Positions 10,918 to 22,165 of a stretch of DNA of 64,000 nt are shown here, in pieces (the first letter of the stretch is position 1; each line of letters starts with the position of its first letter). The translations under genes and the position numbers were made by a program. The notes under the pieces are model-generated. The model did no database searches. It had not been told where the DNA came from and saw nothing but the letters and a program-made list of their open reading frames with translations. Source of the DNA: Peribolospora baueri (Eukaryota); contig JAMDHS010000013.1 of NCBI GenBank assembly GCA_029717555.1, positions 124,001-188,000 of the forward strand, read 5' to 3'.

Positions 10918-11933
10918 ACGACTCATGTCGCTCCGTCGTTCTCTCCCTCCCCTCGATCATCTCTCTTATCCCTCTCCACGTTTGGGAATCGGGGCTTCAT
11001 CCGCTCGCCGCATGTCAACATTAGCTCCCCATGTGCCTCACTATGCACACCTCTCTCTTGCCGGAAGGGGCAAGACGAGGTCATCTGTAACCAAAATCTT
11101 CTCGCCCGAGTCTTAGCTCCTTTAGGCTGCAACGAACTCTACGCGCGGTTGATATATGTGCCAGCTCGCTTCAACGAGATTGCGCTTCCCAACCACAGTC
11201 TTATGAGACCAAACGCTGATGGGGAGCAACTGCCGGTCCTGGTAGATTGGATGACCGGCAAGAGGCTTCCGCCGAAAAGTTGGGTGCTTTGAACGATGCC
11301 ATCTCGCCCGCTAGTATATTGTTCCTGCACTGTGGCCCGACATCACCGTCAACGTGCATGAGCCCTTTTGGACGGTACTTCTCGTATTGAGATCGGATCG
11401 GGCCGCTTTGATAAATCGGGCTTGGGTGTATGGACGTGTTGTCAGGCGGCTGGAAGAGTTGGTAGATAAGTTGATAGGTAGCAAGGACCATGCTGCAATC
11501 ATCCTTCAAAGCCATTTCCATTTACAGAGGCCGTCCGTCACCTTTTGTATCTCTGCGGAGACAAACTTGGTCTGATGTCTTTCCCCTTGACGCGCATTCT
11601 GTCCGTTGGCGGTCCTCTTTTGATTTAGCTGATCCGACTGTCTGTTTCATCGCACAGATGGATAGCGATTTCGACCAGAGGGTCCCGCTTTTCAAGGAAG
11701 CAAAGAACAGTACGGGGAGACGGACATCGCCTTCAGGAGCAAGGCCGTGCGCCTCAGGAGCCTGAGGCGAAGACCTGGGAGCACATTAGCCCTATGCAAT
11801 CAAAGTGGCTATCTAACATTCCTTCAGTCGTCAAGTACAGAGTAAAGGATGACACGGTTGCAACGGTATGTAGCTAGTTCCGGATGACATGACAAGCAAT
11901 CATTTCGTCCCCACCCTCAATATCGTCGGACCC

Positions 11934-14900
11934 TCAAGATGCAGCCTTGACGTCTCCGCTCTCTTCGCCACGATGGCTCGTTCGCTCCTCCTCGTCTACT
12001 CCTTCGTGCCCTTCCTCAGCCACCTCCTCGTCTTCAGCGCTGCTCGGACGCGGAAGCCCGCTCTGGCTTTCCCTCGGCAGCATTCGCATCGCCTCTTCCT
12101 CCTCCCCATACTCATCCTCCGCCCCTTCGCCTCCGCCCGCTTTGCGGTACACGCCTCGTCCAGAAGAGCCGGACGTTGAGGAGAGTTTGGCCACCAAACG
12201 CGCAAGACCTAAAGTCGGCAACGTGAAAGAAGCGAAGCGGACATGAGAACTTTTTGCGCCTGACGGGTTTTCCTCATCCAGATACCGAACGGCGGTTGGG
12301 TCGAGTCGAGTCGGCGGACAGCTCACCTGGGATCTTGGAAAGTTTCTTACGTCCCTCGCGCTGAGTGATGAAGTAAAAAGGCAGTCCAGCAAGAATGAAT
12401 CCTGGTGGGAGAGAGAGAGCAGGAAGACGTTCGGGCAAACCATTTTTGTACGTCAGGAGAAAGTGGCGTGGAGCACGGAAGCGACTATACACGGGAGAAT
12501 AATGCTCACCGATAGCGGCCACGCCTTCCAAGGGAGCAGAGAAGAACGGCATGATGAGGAGGAAAAGAGCGACGGCGGAAAATGTTATCGGCGTCGTAAT
12601 CCACGTCTTGTACGGGCGAGGCAGGTTCGGCTCCTTGACTCGGAGCACGAGGAGACCGACGACCTGATGATCGAGCATGACGGCAGTCGCAATGACGAGG
12701 TCAGCGGGTTCGCCCGCGGCGCCGATCAAGCGGAACAGACATGACCATACTCACGGTCAAGAAATAGAACAACCAGGATGATACGCCATAAAAGGACACT
12801 AAAGATGCAAAGCCCGAGCCGAAGAGGACAAAAAGGCTGGAGAGACATTCGTATCAAATTGAAAGCAAGGGTCAGGTATGTGAGGCGAACGTGTTGGAGC
12901 GAATGGTCAGCGACCTACATCGTCAAGAAAGTCTGCAACAGCAATGCGTTCACTGGCGTCCTCGTTATCCCGTTCATCTGGCCGAATACGCTGGGCACGT
13001 AGCCTTCCCTTCCCGCGGCGTAGACGAGGCGGGCTGAGGTGAACGTGGAGCCTAGACTCGCGATCGATGGCCAAAAAACGGAGATCAGTCAATGCATTAG
13101 AGGCGAGGCGTGATGGAAGGAACTCACCATTCAGGGCGCCAAAACATGAGAATGCGACGAGCAAGGAAAAGACGATGGCGCCCGTCTTCCCGAACAGGGC
13201 GCTGCCAAAGTCCTTTTGAGGTTGGAATCAGGTGTGGTCCGTTAGATGGAAGCAAGATGGATGGGGTCGGATGGATTTGGAAGCAGACTTACGAGAGCGA
13301 CCGTGTTTGTCGTCTTGACCAACGACGCGGGTAAGACGACAAAGTAGGATACGTTGGCGACGAGATAGAGGAAAACGACGGTGCTCAGAGAGATGTGGAT
13401 CACTCGGGGCAGGTCGCGGTTGACGTTCTGAGTGACAGAAAGCGTGAACGTTTTCATAGGTTATCCGTAAGTCGAAGCGATTCGAGTGGAGGCAACGAAC
13501 ACCCATTTCGTGAAGAACACGTCGACGACCGCTTTTCGACCCACCTTCATCTCGCCGGCGACATAACAGCTCTGGTCCCAGCCGTCGTAACCCCAAACGA
13601 CGCTTTGCGAGGAAGATTGCGAATCACAAAATGAGCACCCTGAAAGGGACAAGCTGAAGAGAAAAGACGCAGGTAACTACCTGTACAAAGCCAAGGCATA
13701 GTTCCCTAGATTGTGCGTGCTGCCTTCGAAGAGCTTGCGCGGGTCGGCGAAAGCGGGCGTAGCCTTTTGACTTGCTGCTTGGATGATACCGAGAATGGCT
13801 ACGGTGAGCAGTACGAGGAGCTGTGTTGCACATGAGAGCAGAGCAGAGATAAGGGGAGAAACGATTTCGTCACGCCTCAAACGTCGGATAGAGGCCACGG
13901 ACGAGGCCATGGCGAGCAAGGAATGGCGGGACATACCTTAACGAAGGTCGTAGCGACCTGTGTTGCTTGGCCCAATCGATTGCTACAGGCGTTGAGCGCG
14001 GTGATGGCTAGGACGCACAAGCACGCCGTGAGCTTGATGCTCCAGTCCGGTATTCCACTCAATCCCGTCTCGTGAGGATCACCGGCCGACTTGACGGTGT
14101 GGTAGAGAACACGGTTGACGTATTCGCTGTGAAACAGAGAGATATGGTGCATCCACAGTGGAAGCCGAGCTCGGTGAAATTGCCGATGGAGAGAACAACA
14201 GAATGACGGACGAGTTCTCGAGAGCTTACCCAAAAATGATGGCGATGATGGCCGCGCTGCCGGGCTAAAAGATGAAGAGCCTTCAGGACAAGAACAGAGG
14301 CAAAAGAGAAAGCGCGAATAAACAGACCTTGAGGACGACTATGGCTGTCCATGCGAAGAGGTAAGAGGCGAGGGGTCCTAAGGAGTAGTTGAGGTACCTG
14401 AACACGGCATCATGTGTGTGCGGACAGCGAAGAAGGGCTTTCATACCGCTGTTCACGGAAGATCTCGACGATCATAAGGCCGCTACTCACGCCTGCGCGC
14501 CTCCATTCAGCGGCACAGCCGCTCCAAGTTCGGCAAAAGAGCTGGTGAAGGCGGCGTGCGAGAAGACGAGCACCCGATGAGCATGAGCTACTTGGTGGTA
14601 CGGCACGACGGCAGACGCTCACCTGGCTCCGGTCCAAGCGAGACAGCCACCTATGGCCCATGCTATCAACGACGAACCTATGGATCCTGTAGCCGATGTT
14701 ACGACGCCGGGTGAAGAAAAGATGCCACTTCCCTGCGAGATGAAGGTTGGAGAGGAGCGATGCTCCGGTGTGAACGCTCCTTCCTGGCTTTGGGCAGAGC
14801 AACGGGAAAGTAAAGAGACCCACGATCTGGAGTCCTACTGTCAAGGCAACGCCTACAGAGCAAGATGGAGGAAGGCGGTTAGGGACGGTACTCCTGGGGG

Positions 14901-15347
14901 ACGCGGCGGAACACGACCAGCAGATCAAGCGATCTCACCATCCACAAGAGTAAGGCTCTTCTTTTCTCCGCCTCTGGTCTCTCTCGCCCGTCCACCCACC
15001 CGTCTCCGGCTGCCGGTGGCCCACTCCTCGTCTCCCAAGTCGCCGCCATCTGCAGTGCTCAAGCTGAGGGGGAGCAAGTTATTTCTGTACTCGAACTCGA
15101 GCAGGCTGCTCGATCGTTTCCGGTTGGGCCGTGAGGAGGATATGAGGTCGTCCAAGTCGTCCCCGGGTTCGGGGTAGGAGGGTGAGTTGGGAGCAGAGCC
15201 AGAGGGGCCAGCCGGGAAAGATGGCAAAGAGTCCCTTGCGTCGTAGACGACCAGGTCGTCGTCGTCGGCTCCTGCGCTCGCTGAGCCGGCTTCGGATACG
15301 CGAGGGCCGGACGGCGGCGAGCCCGTGGAGGGCTGGACGGAGGACAT
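11934..15347 (-). CDS. APC/LAT-family amino acid permease (MUP1-like methionine permease)
   Basis: Spliced LTVGLQIGSGIFSSPG, SFAELGAAVPLNGGAQAYL, KPGSAAII, WGYDGWDQ, RDLPRVIH, FSCFGALNG and LRVKEPNLPRPYKTW. Confidence 0.88.
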
Positions 15348-15829
15348 GAAGGGTGGTGACGAGGGGGGAGTGTCGGGGCGGCTAGAGTGGTATCGGTCTA
15401 ATCTTGGCCGATGAGAGGAGTGGTGGGCATTAGGGACGAGATAGAGAGTCGAGCCGAGTCGAGTCGAAGCTGGATTGGCGGCGACGAGGAACGGAAGAAG
15501 GCTGGCCGTGGTTTGGTTTGTGGTTGGAGCCGGCGTCTTGTTGGTTGGCGCGACGATCATCCTCTTCCCGACTTCCATCTCGGCCTCCTCCCTCTAAGGG
15601 CGGCCGTTTCAAGACATGTGAGTCTCTTTGCCAAGGCTCACCACCCTCTCAGACCACTTGATCCTCCTGGTCTCTGTCGCATCACCTGATGATGGCCAGC
15701 GCCGAAGACGCATGCACCGGCCGAAGCAGTCGGTCCTCTTTCTCCTTCTCCACCACGCTCACAACGACCCCTTTTCCTCCCACTTTCCTCTCGTTTCGCT
15801 TGCCTGCCCGCACACATATCTCCTCCCCC

Positions 15830-17125
15830 ATGGACTCAAGGCCCATCAAGAAGCCTAGAAAGTCCGGCCCTGGCACGGCACCTGGCACTGCGGACGCGTC
15901 CGTGGCCAGCACGCCTGCGCCTCCGGTGAGTTTGTTGACCGGCCGGTCGCCATTGCCCGTCGCTGTTGCTTGCTGGCGCCCTCGGCAGGCTGTGTGTCTT
16001 TAGCGATCGTCTTCTAGCATGTTCATCTCGTCTCGTCTTCTTTGCCGGCCCCTTCTGACAGTCTCAAGCCGAGCTCATGTCGCACGCGTACACGCCCCGT
16101 CCGTTCAAGAACCCCGCCTACGCGGCCAAAGCGAGCGCGCGACGGAATAAGACGCTGAAACAGATCCTCACCGCAGAACGAGACGCGGCGATGGGCATTC
16201 TTGCCGGAAGCCGCGCACGGGGACGAAAGTCCGGCATCGGCGGGGCCAAGCTGAAGGAGAAGAATTTGCGGGGCGCGGCCAAGGCGAGCGCGAGGAAGAG
16301 GATGGAGAGGGAGGGGATCTTGCCGGAGATCGAAGGGGAGGACGGGCCGCGAGAGGGTTCTGGCGGGGCGGAGGGGAACGAGGGCGGATCGGGGGACGGG
16401 GATGGGCCACCGGAGGAGCAAGGTGTGGCCGATGAGGGCAGGGAGGCGGACGGCCCTGAAGGGGCGGAAGAGGCGCGGGGTGCTGAGGCCAAGGCAGAGC
16501 CCATGGATGCGACCGAAGAGTCGAAGGCAGAGGTGAACGAAGCGGCGGAGGCGGACGAGGCAAGGCAGGAAGGATCGACGGCGGAGAAGGAGGAAAAGAA
16601 GCGGGAAGTTCCATCTTGTGAGGCCATTACCATAAAGTTGGCATGATGCTCTTTGCTCTCGACGACAGACTGACGTTTTTTTTTTTTTTCGCGCCGTCCT
16701 CGCCTCCGTCGGCGGCCATATATCAGACATGACTGTGGAAGCACCTCCATCGCTTCTCCCACAGAAGAAGTACTGCGACATCACTGGCCTGATCGTGAGT
16801 GGCCTTGGCCTTGGCCTTGGCTTGGGAAGGGTACTTTCGTTTGCTCGCCAACCAAGTTCATGACTGGAATGACCATCTCCGCTGTGTCCCACCGCCCGAC
16901 TTTCAGGCTCCGTACACAGATCCAAAGACGGGGATTCGGTACCACTCTTCGGAAGTGTACGAGATCCTCAAGGGTTTCGTGAGTTCTCTCCCTCCGCCGT
17001 TCCTCGCCATTGTTCGCTCGTTACTTACGCGCTCTTGGCTCGCCACCTCGTTGACTCGTTGGCAGGGCCCCGGCGTCGAGCAGGCGTACCTAGCCTTGCG
17101 CGGCCAACAGTCCGTGCTGCGCTGA
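15830..17125 (+). CDS. IES6: INO80 complex subunit Ies6 (YL1-C domain)
   Basis: RPFKNPAY, RNKTLKQIL, YMTVEAPPSLLPQKKYCDITGL, APYTDPKTGIRYH and YLALRG. Confidence 0.92.
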
Positions 17126-17460
17126 TGGGAACCGCCTGCCCTGCCCTTTCCTTCACCTCTACCCGTCTGATCGTCCATATCCTTCTCCAGCTCGTCAGCT
17201 TTTTCGTCTGTCTGCCTGTATTTGTAATTCACACACGCACACACACACTGTGCGCCGGTCGTCGCGCATATGTAGCGAGAGAGGGCGGGCGCGCAAAGAC
17301 GAGGGGAAAAGCGTTCGCGTCCATCTGATTCTTACTGAGCAGGCGGGGGAGGCTAACTGAACGCGCGAGGAAAGGCGATAATGGGTAATAAGACGAAGAA
17401 GCTCGATCCGACCCTGCCTGGCTGCCCGCCTGTCTGCCTGTCTTTGTCGCTCGGCTCGCT

Positions 17461-18066
17461 TCAAGCAGCAGCCTTGATCTGCTCAGCGCTGATGATCTCC
17501 TTTCCCGTCTTTGCGATCTTCTCCTTGACCGTCTCGAAGGGGACGGAGCCCTTGACGATTACCTCTTGTTTCTCGAGGGATACGTCGTAGTAGGAGATGC
17601 CTGGGTCGCGTAAAGGGTAAACGGAGGGGGTTCAGGCGATGGGCGGAGGAGAGCAAGGCGATGATGATGATGATGATGAGTGGAGGGACGTGCGGTAGAG
17701 AAAGAGGGACGAGGGAACGCTATTCTCTCTCTCACCCTCCGTCTTCTTCAACACGCGGTCGATCGCACCGGAGCAGCCGGAGCAGTCTGAAAAGGGACCG
17801 AGAGGGAGAGAAGGAGAAGGATCGGTTTGAGCTCTCTCCCATCCCATCCGGATGGCTCCCCTTGCTTTCCCCTCCTGACGGTCCGAGCGCTCGGTCAGGC
17901 GACACTCACTCATCTTGACATTGAACTTGTACTCTCCCTGCGATCCAAGGCCAAGGCCAAGGCCATCGAACGGGGGCAAAGGAGGGAGAGAAAGAGATGA
18001 GCGGTCGAGTCGTCCAGTCCGATTATGGCTTACGGGTTATGGCTTATGGCGGCTCACCTCGGACAT
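17461..18066 (-). CDS. ATX1: Copper chaperone Atx1 (HMA domain)
   Basis: Four exons give MSEGEYKFNVKMNCSGCSGAIDRVLKKTEGISYYDVSLEKQEVIV...EKIAKTGKEI; MxCxxC and KTGK motifs are present. Confidence 0.93.
17660..17678 (+). repeat. (GAT)n microsatellite in an ATX1 intron
   Basis: gatgatgatgatgatgatg. Confidence 0.85.
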
Positions 18067-18732
18067 GATGGGCAGATGGGTGAGTGGTGGATTTGGGTCG
18101 AAAGGAGGGGGAGGATGGGAGTGGAAGCTGTGTGTGGAGGTGGTGGCGGGCACACTTGTTGTTCAAGTGATACTTAAAAGGGTCGACGACCACGACGACG
18201 ACCACCATGCCTTTATTTATTTACGCGCCTCCGGTTCGGCCGACGACGGCGCGAGCATGACGACGGCCGAAATGGCTGCATCCGGCCCACATCATCATCG
18301 ACATGGCATGACATGGACCCGTTGGACGACGTGAGCACAGACAGGACCGTCCAGACCGTCCAGACACCTATCCACATCTTCCACCCTGCCCGCGCCTCCG
18401 TCCGCGATATCAAGGCACTGGTATATGTACGTCGACGCCCAGCAGGCAACCACGGTGGTGGCCACCAGCCAGCCCCAACTGCGCCTGGCCGCGCCTGTTT
18501 CAACAGACCTCCTCTGCTCCACACTCATGTTCTTGGACTCGACCTACATACAGCTCACTCGCTCTGACCCCCCCTCTCTCTCCTCTAGCCGTCCTTCCTA
18601 CTCGACCAAGGCGAGCGAACGAGCGAGAGAGAGAGAGAGCGAGCCACAGACCACTCTGACATCGTGCTCTGCTGCGGCGACCGCAGTCGTCCGTTGCACC
18701 CACCACCTCAACATCGGCCCGGCCGGCGGCTG

Positions 18733-18781
18733 CGACAACGACGACGACGACGACGACAACGACAGCGACAACGACGACAAC
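18733..18781 (+). repeat. Imperfect (GAC/AAC)n trinucleotide tract upstream of SIN1
   Basis: cgacaacgacgacgacgacgacgacaacgacagcgacaacgacgacaac. Confidence 0.8.
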
Positions 18782-18906
18782 CGATTCGACCGGCGTCGAG
18801 GCCGACAAGGGTCGCACTCCGGCTGTCTGCTGAGAACACTCGCAGCCCCCGTGCACGACCGACGACCACCGTCGACCTACGGACGGACGGACACGACCTC
18901 GACGCC

Positions 18907-21900
18907 ATGTCGCTCATTACGGACACAGAGTGAGCGAGCCACGGACGAGCCCGAGTTCAGTCCCAGCTGGCTTACCAAAACTTTCGTTCCTTCGTATGCC
19001 AGCTACCTCATCCAGTCCCTTCGCCTTTCTTACCTCCGCCGCATCCCAGACCCCTACGGCCCCCGCGTCATCTCCCTCGACCCGCAAGCCTCCTCCAACG
19101 ACCACGTCCGCGCTGCTGGCCTCACCGATCCCCAACGATGGCCCGAGCTCGCCGCCGCAGCGTCCTCCCCGCCGCCGGTCAGCGCCACCTTCCCTCTCTC
19201 CGGCGGCAAGGCATCCCCTGCCAATCGCCTCTCCGGCTGGGGCTACAAGCCTGGCGGCGGAGGCTCCACCAGTCTTCGATACACTCAGACCGTCGTCGGC
19301 CCTGGGAGAACGGGCGCGTTGGGCATGCGCGTCCACGGCAAACGCGCCGCTGGCGTCGAAGACGTGCGCTCCCCCGGAGCCAACACCGCTCCCGTACCCG
19401 TTGCCTCCGCCTCCAACGTGGCCACCGTGCAAGAGGTGCTAGGAGGCCAGCCCCAATACCTCGACCCGGAGGCGAGCAGCGATGACGAGGACGACGCTGG
19501 TGCGGGTGATGATGAGGCTGAGTACAGTGACGAGAAAGACGAGTGGGTTCCCCCCGTCCTTTCGCGTTGTTCGAAGGGGTCCACCTTTGCTGACCGTCTT
19601 CTTTCCGTCTCCTCTCTATATTTCCCTCCCACCCAGGTCCGCCATCGGTGCCCTCTCGCGAGCGCGAGAAGGCTCTGCGAATGCCTCTCAAGGCACCATC
19701 TCCTCCCTCGCATCCCCCCTCTCTCCGACTCCTGGCCCAAGAGCACTTCCCGCAGATCCGACCCTTCAACCAATCAGCTTCACCCCTCCTAGCAGCAGCC
19801 TCAGCGCGCCCACCTTCAAGGCCGCTGCCTTCCTCGACGACGCCGACCTCCTCGACGACGCTGACGCCGATGCCGAACCGCCCGCCGACAGTCGAGAGGA
19901 GCTCGCCAGCCCAGATGAAGACCATGTCGATTCAGGTCCTGGGCCACCATCAGGGGGAATGGTGGCTTCCACGACGGCGGGCCAGCCGGACGCTGCCATG
20001 GCTTCCGCTTCCAAACCCCCGTCTTCGCCCACACCGTCTCAGAATGAATGGTTCTCCTCTCTTTCCTCTGACCCTTCCACCGTCGCCTCACGACACGCCT
20101 CTCGTCCACAAGTATCCGCGCTGACCGCGCTCATGTCCAAAGCGTCCACCTCGCCTTCCAACCCTTTCGCAGAGTTCTACGCCGGCCTCGCCGTGCCCTC
20201 TTCCGACCCCCCCTCCGCTGGCTTCAAGGTCTTGCTCTACTTCCCTTGGTCGACGACGGCGCGACAGCGCGGCGAACCGATGGAGGTGCGCGTGCGCAAG
20301 GACGCGACGGCAGAGGAGGTCATCGGCCACGGCCTGTGGTCCTACTCCGAGGAAGGCTGGGAACCCCGGGTGGAAGACTTGGGCGACGAGGCGCGGTTGA
20401 AGACCGTTGGCTGGACGCTTCGCGTCGTCGAGGACGGAGAGGTGGACGACGACTATCCCGGTGCGTTCTTTCCGCCCGCCCCTCCCTCCGCCGATCGGCA
20501 CTGATACCGTGGTCGCGCCTCGCTTCCTTTCGTCGTTCCGTTTCACTCCAGCCGTCGATCGCATGCTAACGCTCTCCAAGTTTGGCGATAACGAGTTTGC
20601 TATATGCCAAGCCACACCTATCCAAAGTGAGCGCTTTCTCAACCTCTCCGCTGAACTCCGAACCGTCTCGCCGAGCAAGCGGTCTCTCCCCTCTTCGTTC
20701 CCGCACAGTCAAACAGAACGAGATGACGCAAGCCAACATCCGACGTCGCGCCTCTCGAGTCATGGCCACAGGTCGCAAGCTCCTCGCGCCCAATGCCTTT
20801 GCCCAAGCCAACGCTGGAGCCACTTCCATAGCCGAAGGCGGCGGTGGTGGAGCGGCGGCTGCGCCACGCACCATGTTGGGCACACCCATCATCGCCACCG
20901 GCCTCTCCCGGTCAGCGACGGCATCTGGCCCGCCCATCTTCCTCAGGGTGCTCGTGACGCCGAACCCAGAGGTGCGATACAAGACGACGATCAACGTACC
21001 ATCTGACATGTACCTCGCCGACGTGTTGGAGCTCATCTGCCGAAAGCGGCAGCTCGGCAACGTCGACGAGTGGGCGCTCGTCGTGCACGTGCCGGACGAG
21101 AACAAGGACGTTGTTGTACTGCTGGACCGCACCATCGAAAGCTTGGAGGGAAAGCACGACCTCGCGCTCGTCAAGAGGAAGGCCATCCTCGGCGCTAGCG
21201 CGGGCGCGGGCGCGTTGACGGGCCAGAGCACGAACCCGAACGGTGAGCCCAGACGGTCTGCAGACGACGGACGGACGGGTGGGACGAGGTTTTCGCTGAC
21301 CCCGTCGCCATCTGCTTCGTCCTTCCCGCGCTGGCTCGCAGCATCCATATTCAAAAACACGTCGGAACCCAGCCAGCCCAAATACGTCACCGGCACAGAC
21401 TTTACAGCCGCGTACAGGGTGAATATGAGTCGGCACGTCTCGACGACGCTTGGACACGCATTCTGATCGATTCGATCCCGTGACTCGCCTGCCCCGCCGC
21501 AGAAATACGCCGTAAATCGGAAAATGCCCATGTTCGTAGGTCGGCACGAGCGAGTGCTCACCCTCGATGGAGACTGGGTACACATCAGGTGAGTTGCCGT
21601 CGCCCGTCCACCCAAAACCTCGCTCGCTGATCTGACCCCTTTCTTACCTCGATCACTTCACTTCCGACCCCTTACCTCAATCACTTCACTTCCGCACCGC
21701 TTGCTTCAGGTCGCCCGAGGCACGCGCATTCCACACCAAGACCTCCAACTTTCACATTAACAACGTGATCAGCTGTAAGCAGAGTCGAAAGACGCCCAAC
21801 TCGTTCAAGCTCGTCGTCTGGCGAGATGGAGATACGAAGCGGTATGATTTTGAAGCTGAGAATGAGAAGCAGGCCGGTGAGTTTCGCCTCGCCCTTCGTC

Positions 21901-22103
21901 CGCCGGCCAAGCCGAAGCCAAAGCCACTGGCGAGAAGACTTAGCGTTCGCATGCCGACGGAAAGCCTGACCGAGCCGAACTGATCCGAACCGGCCCGTTT
22001 TACCGTTTGCCATCTCTCAGCCGAGATCATTGCCTACGTTCAGGCGGTCAAGCGACGACATTCCCGTGAGGCGGCGGCTGGGGCGAGACGTAATGCCGGA
22101 TAG
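18907..22103 (+). CDS. SIN1: TORC2 subunit Sin1/Avo1
   Basis: N-terminus MSLITDTDYLIQSLRLSYLRRIPDPYGPR; CRIM-like GHGLWSYSEEGWEPR..WTLRVVEDGEVDDDYP; RBD-like VPSDMYLADVLELICRKR; PH domain RKMPMFVGRHERVLTLDGDWVHI and KRYDFEAEN. Confidence 0.92.
21643..21694 (+). repeat. 24-nt direct repeat inside a SIN1 intron
   Basis: CTTACCTC(G/A)ATCACTTCACTTCCG at 21643-21666 and 21671-21694. Confidence 0.85.
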
Positions 22104-22165
22104 AAGTGGTTTCTCTTTGCCTGCCTCGCTCTTCTCCCGGTGTCAGGCGGCGCGAATGAATCATG

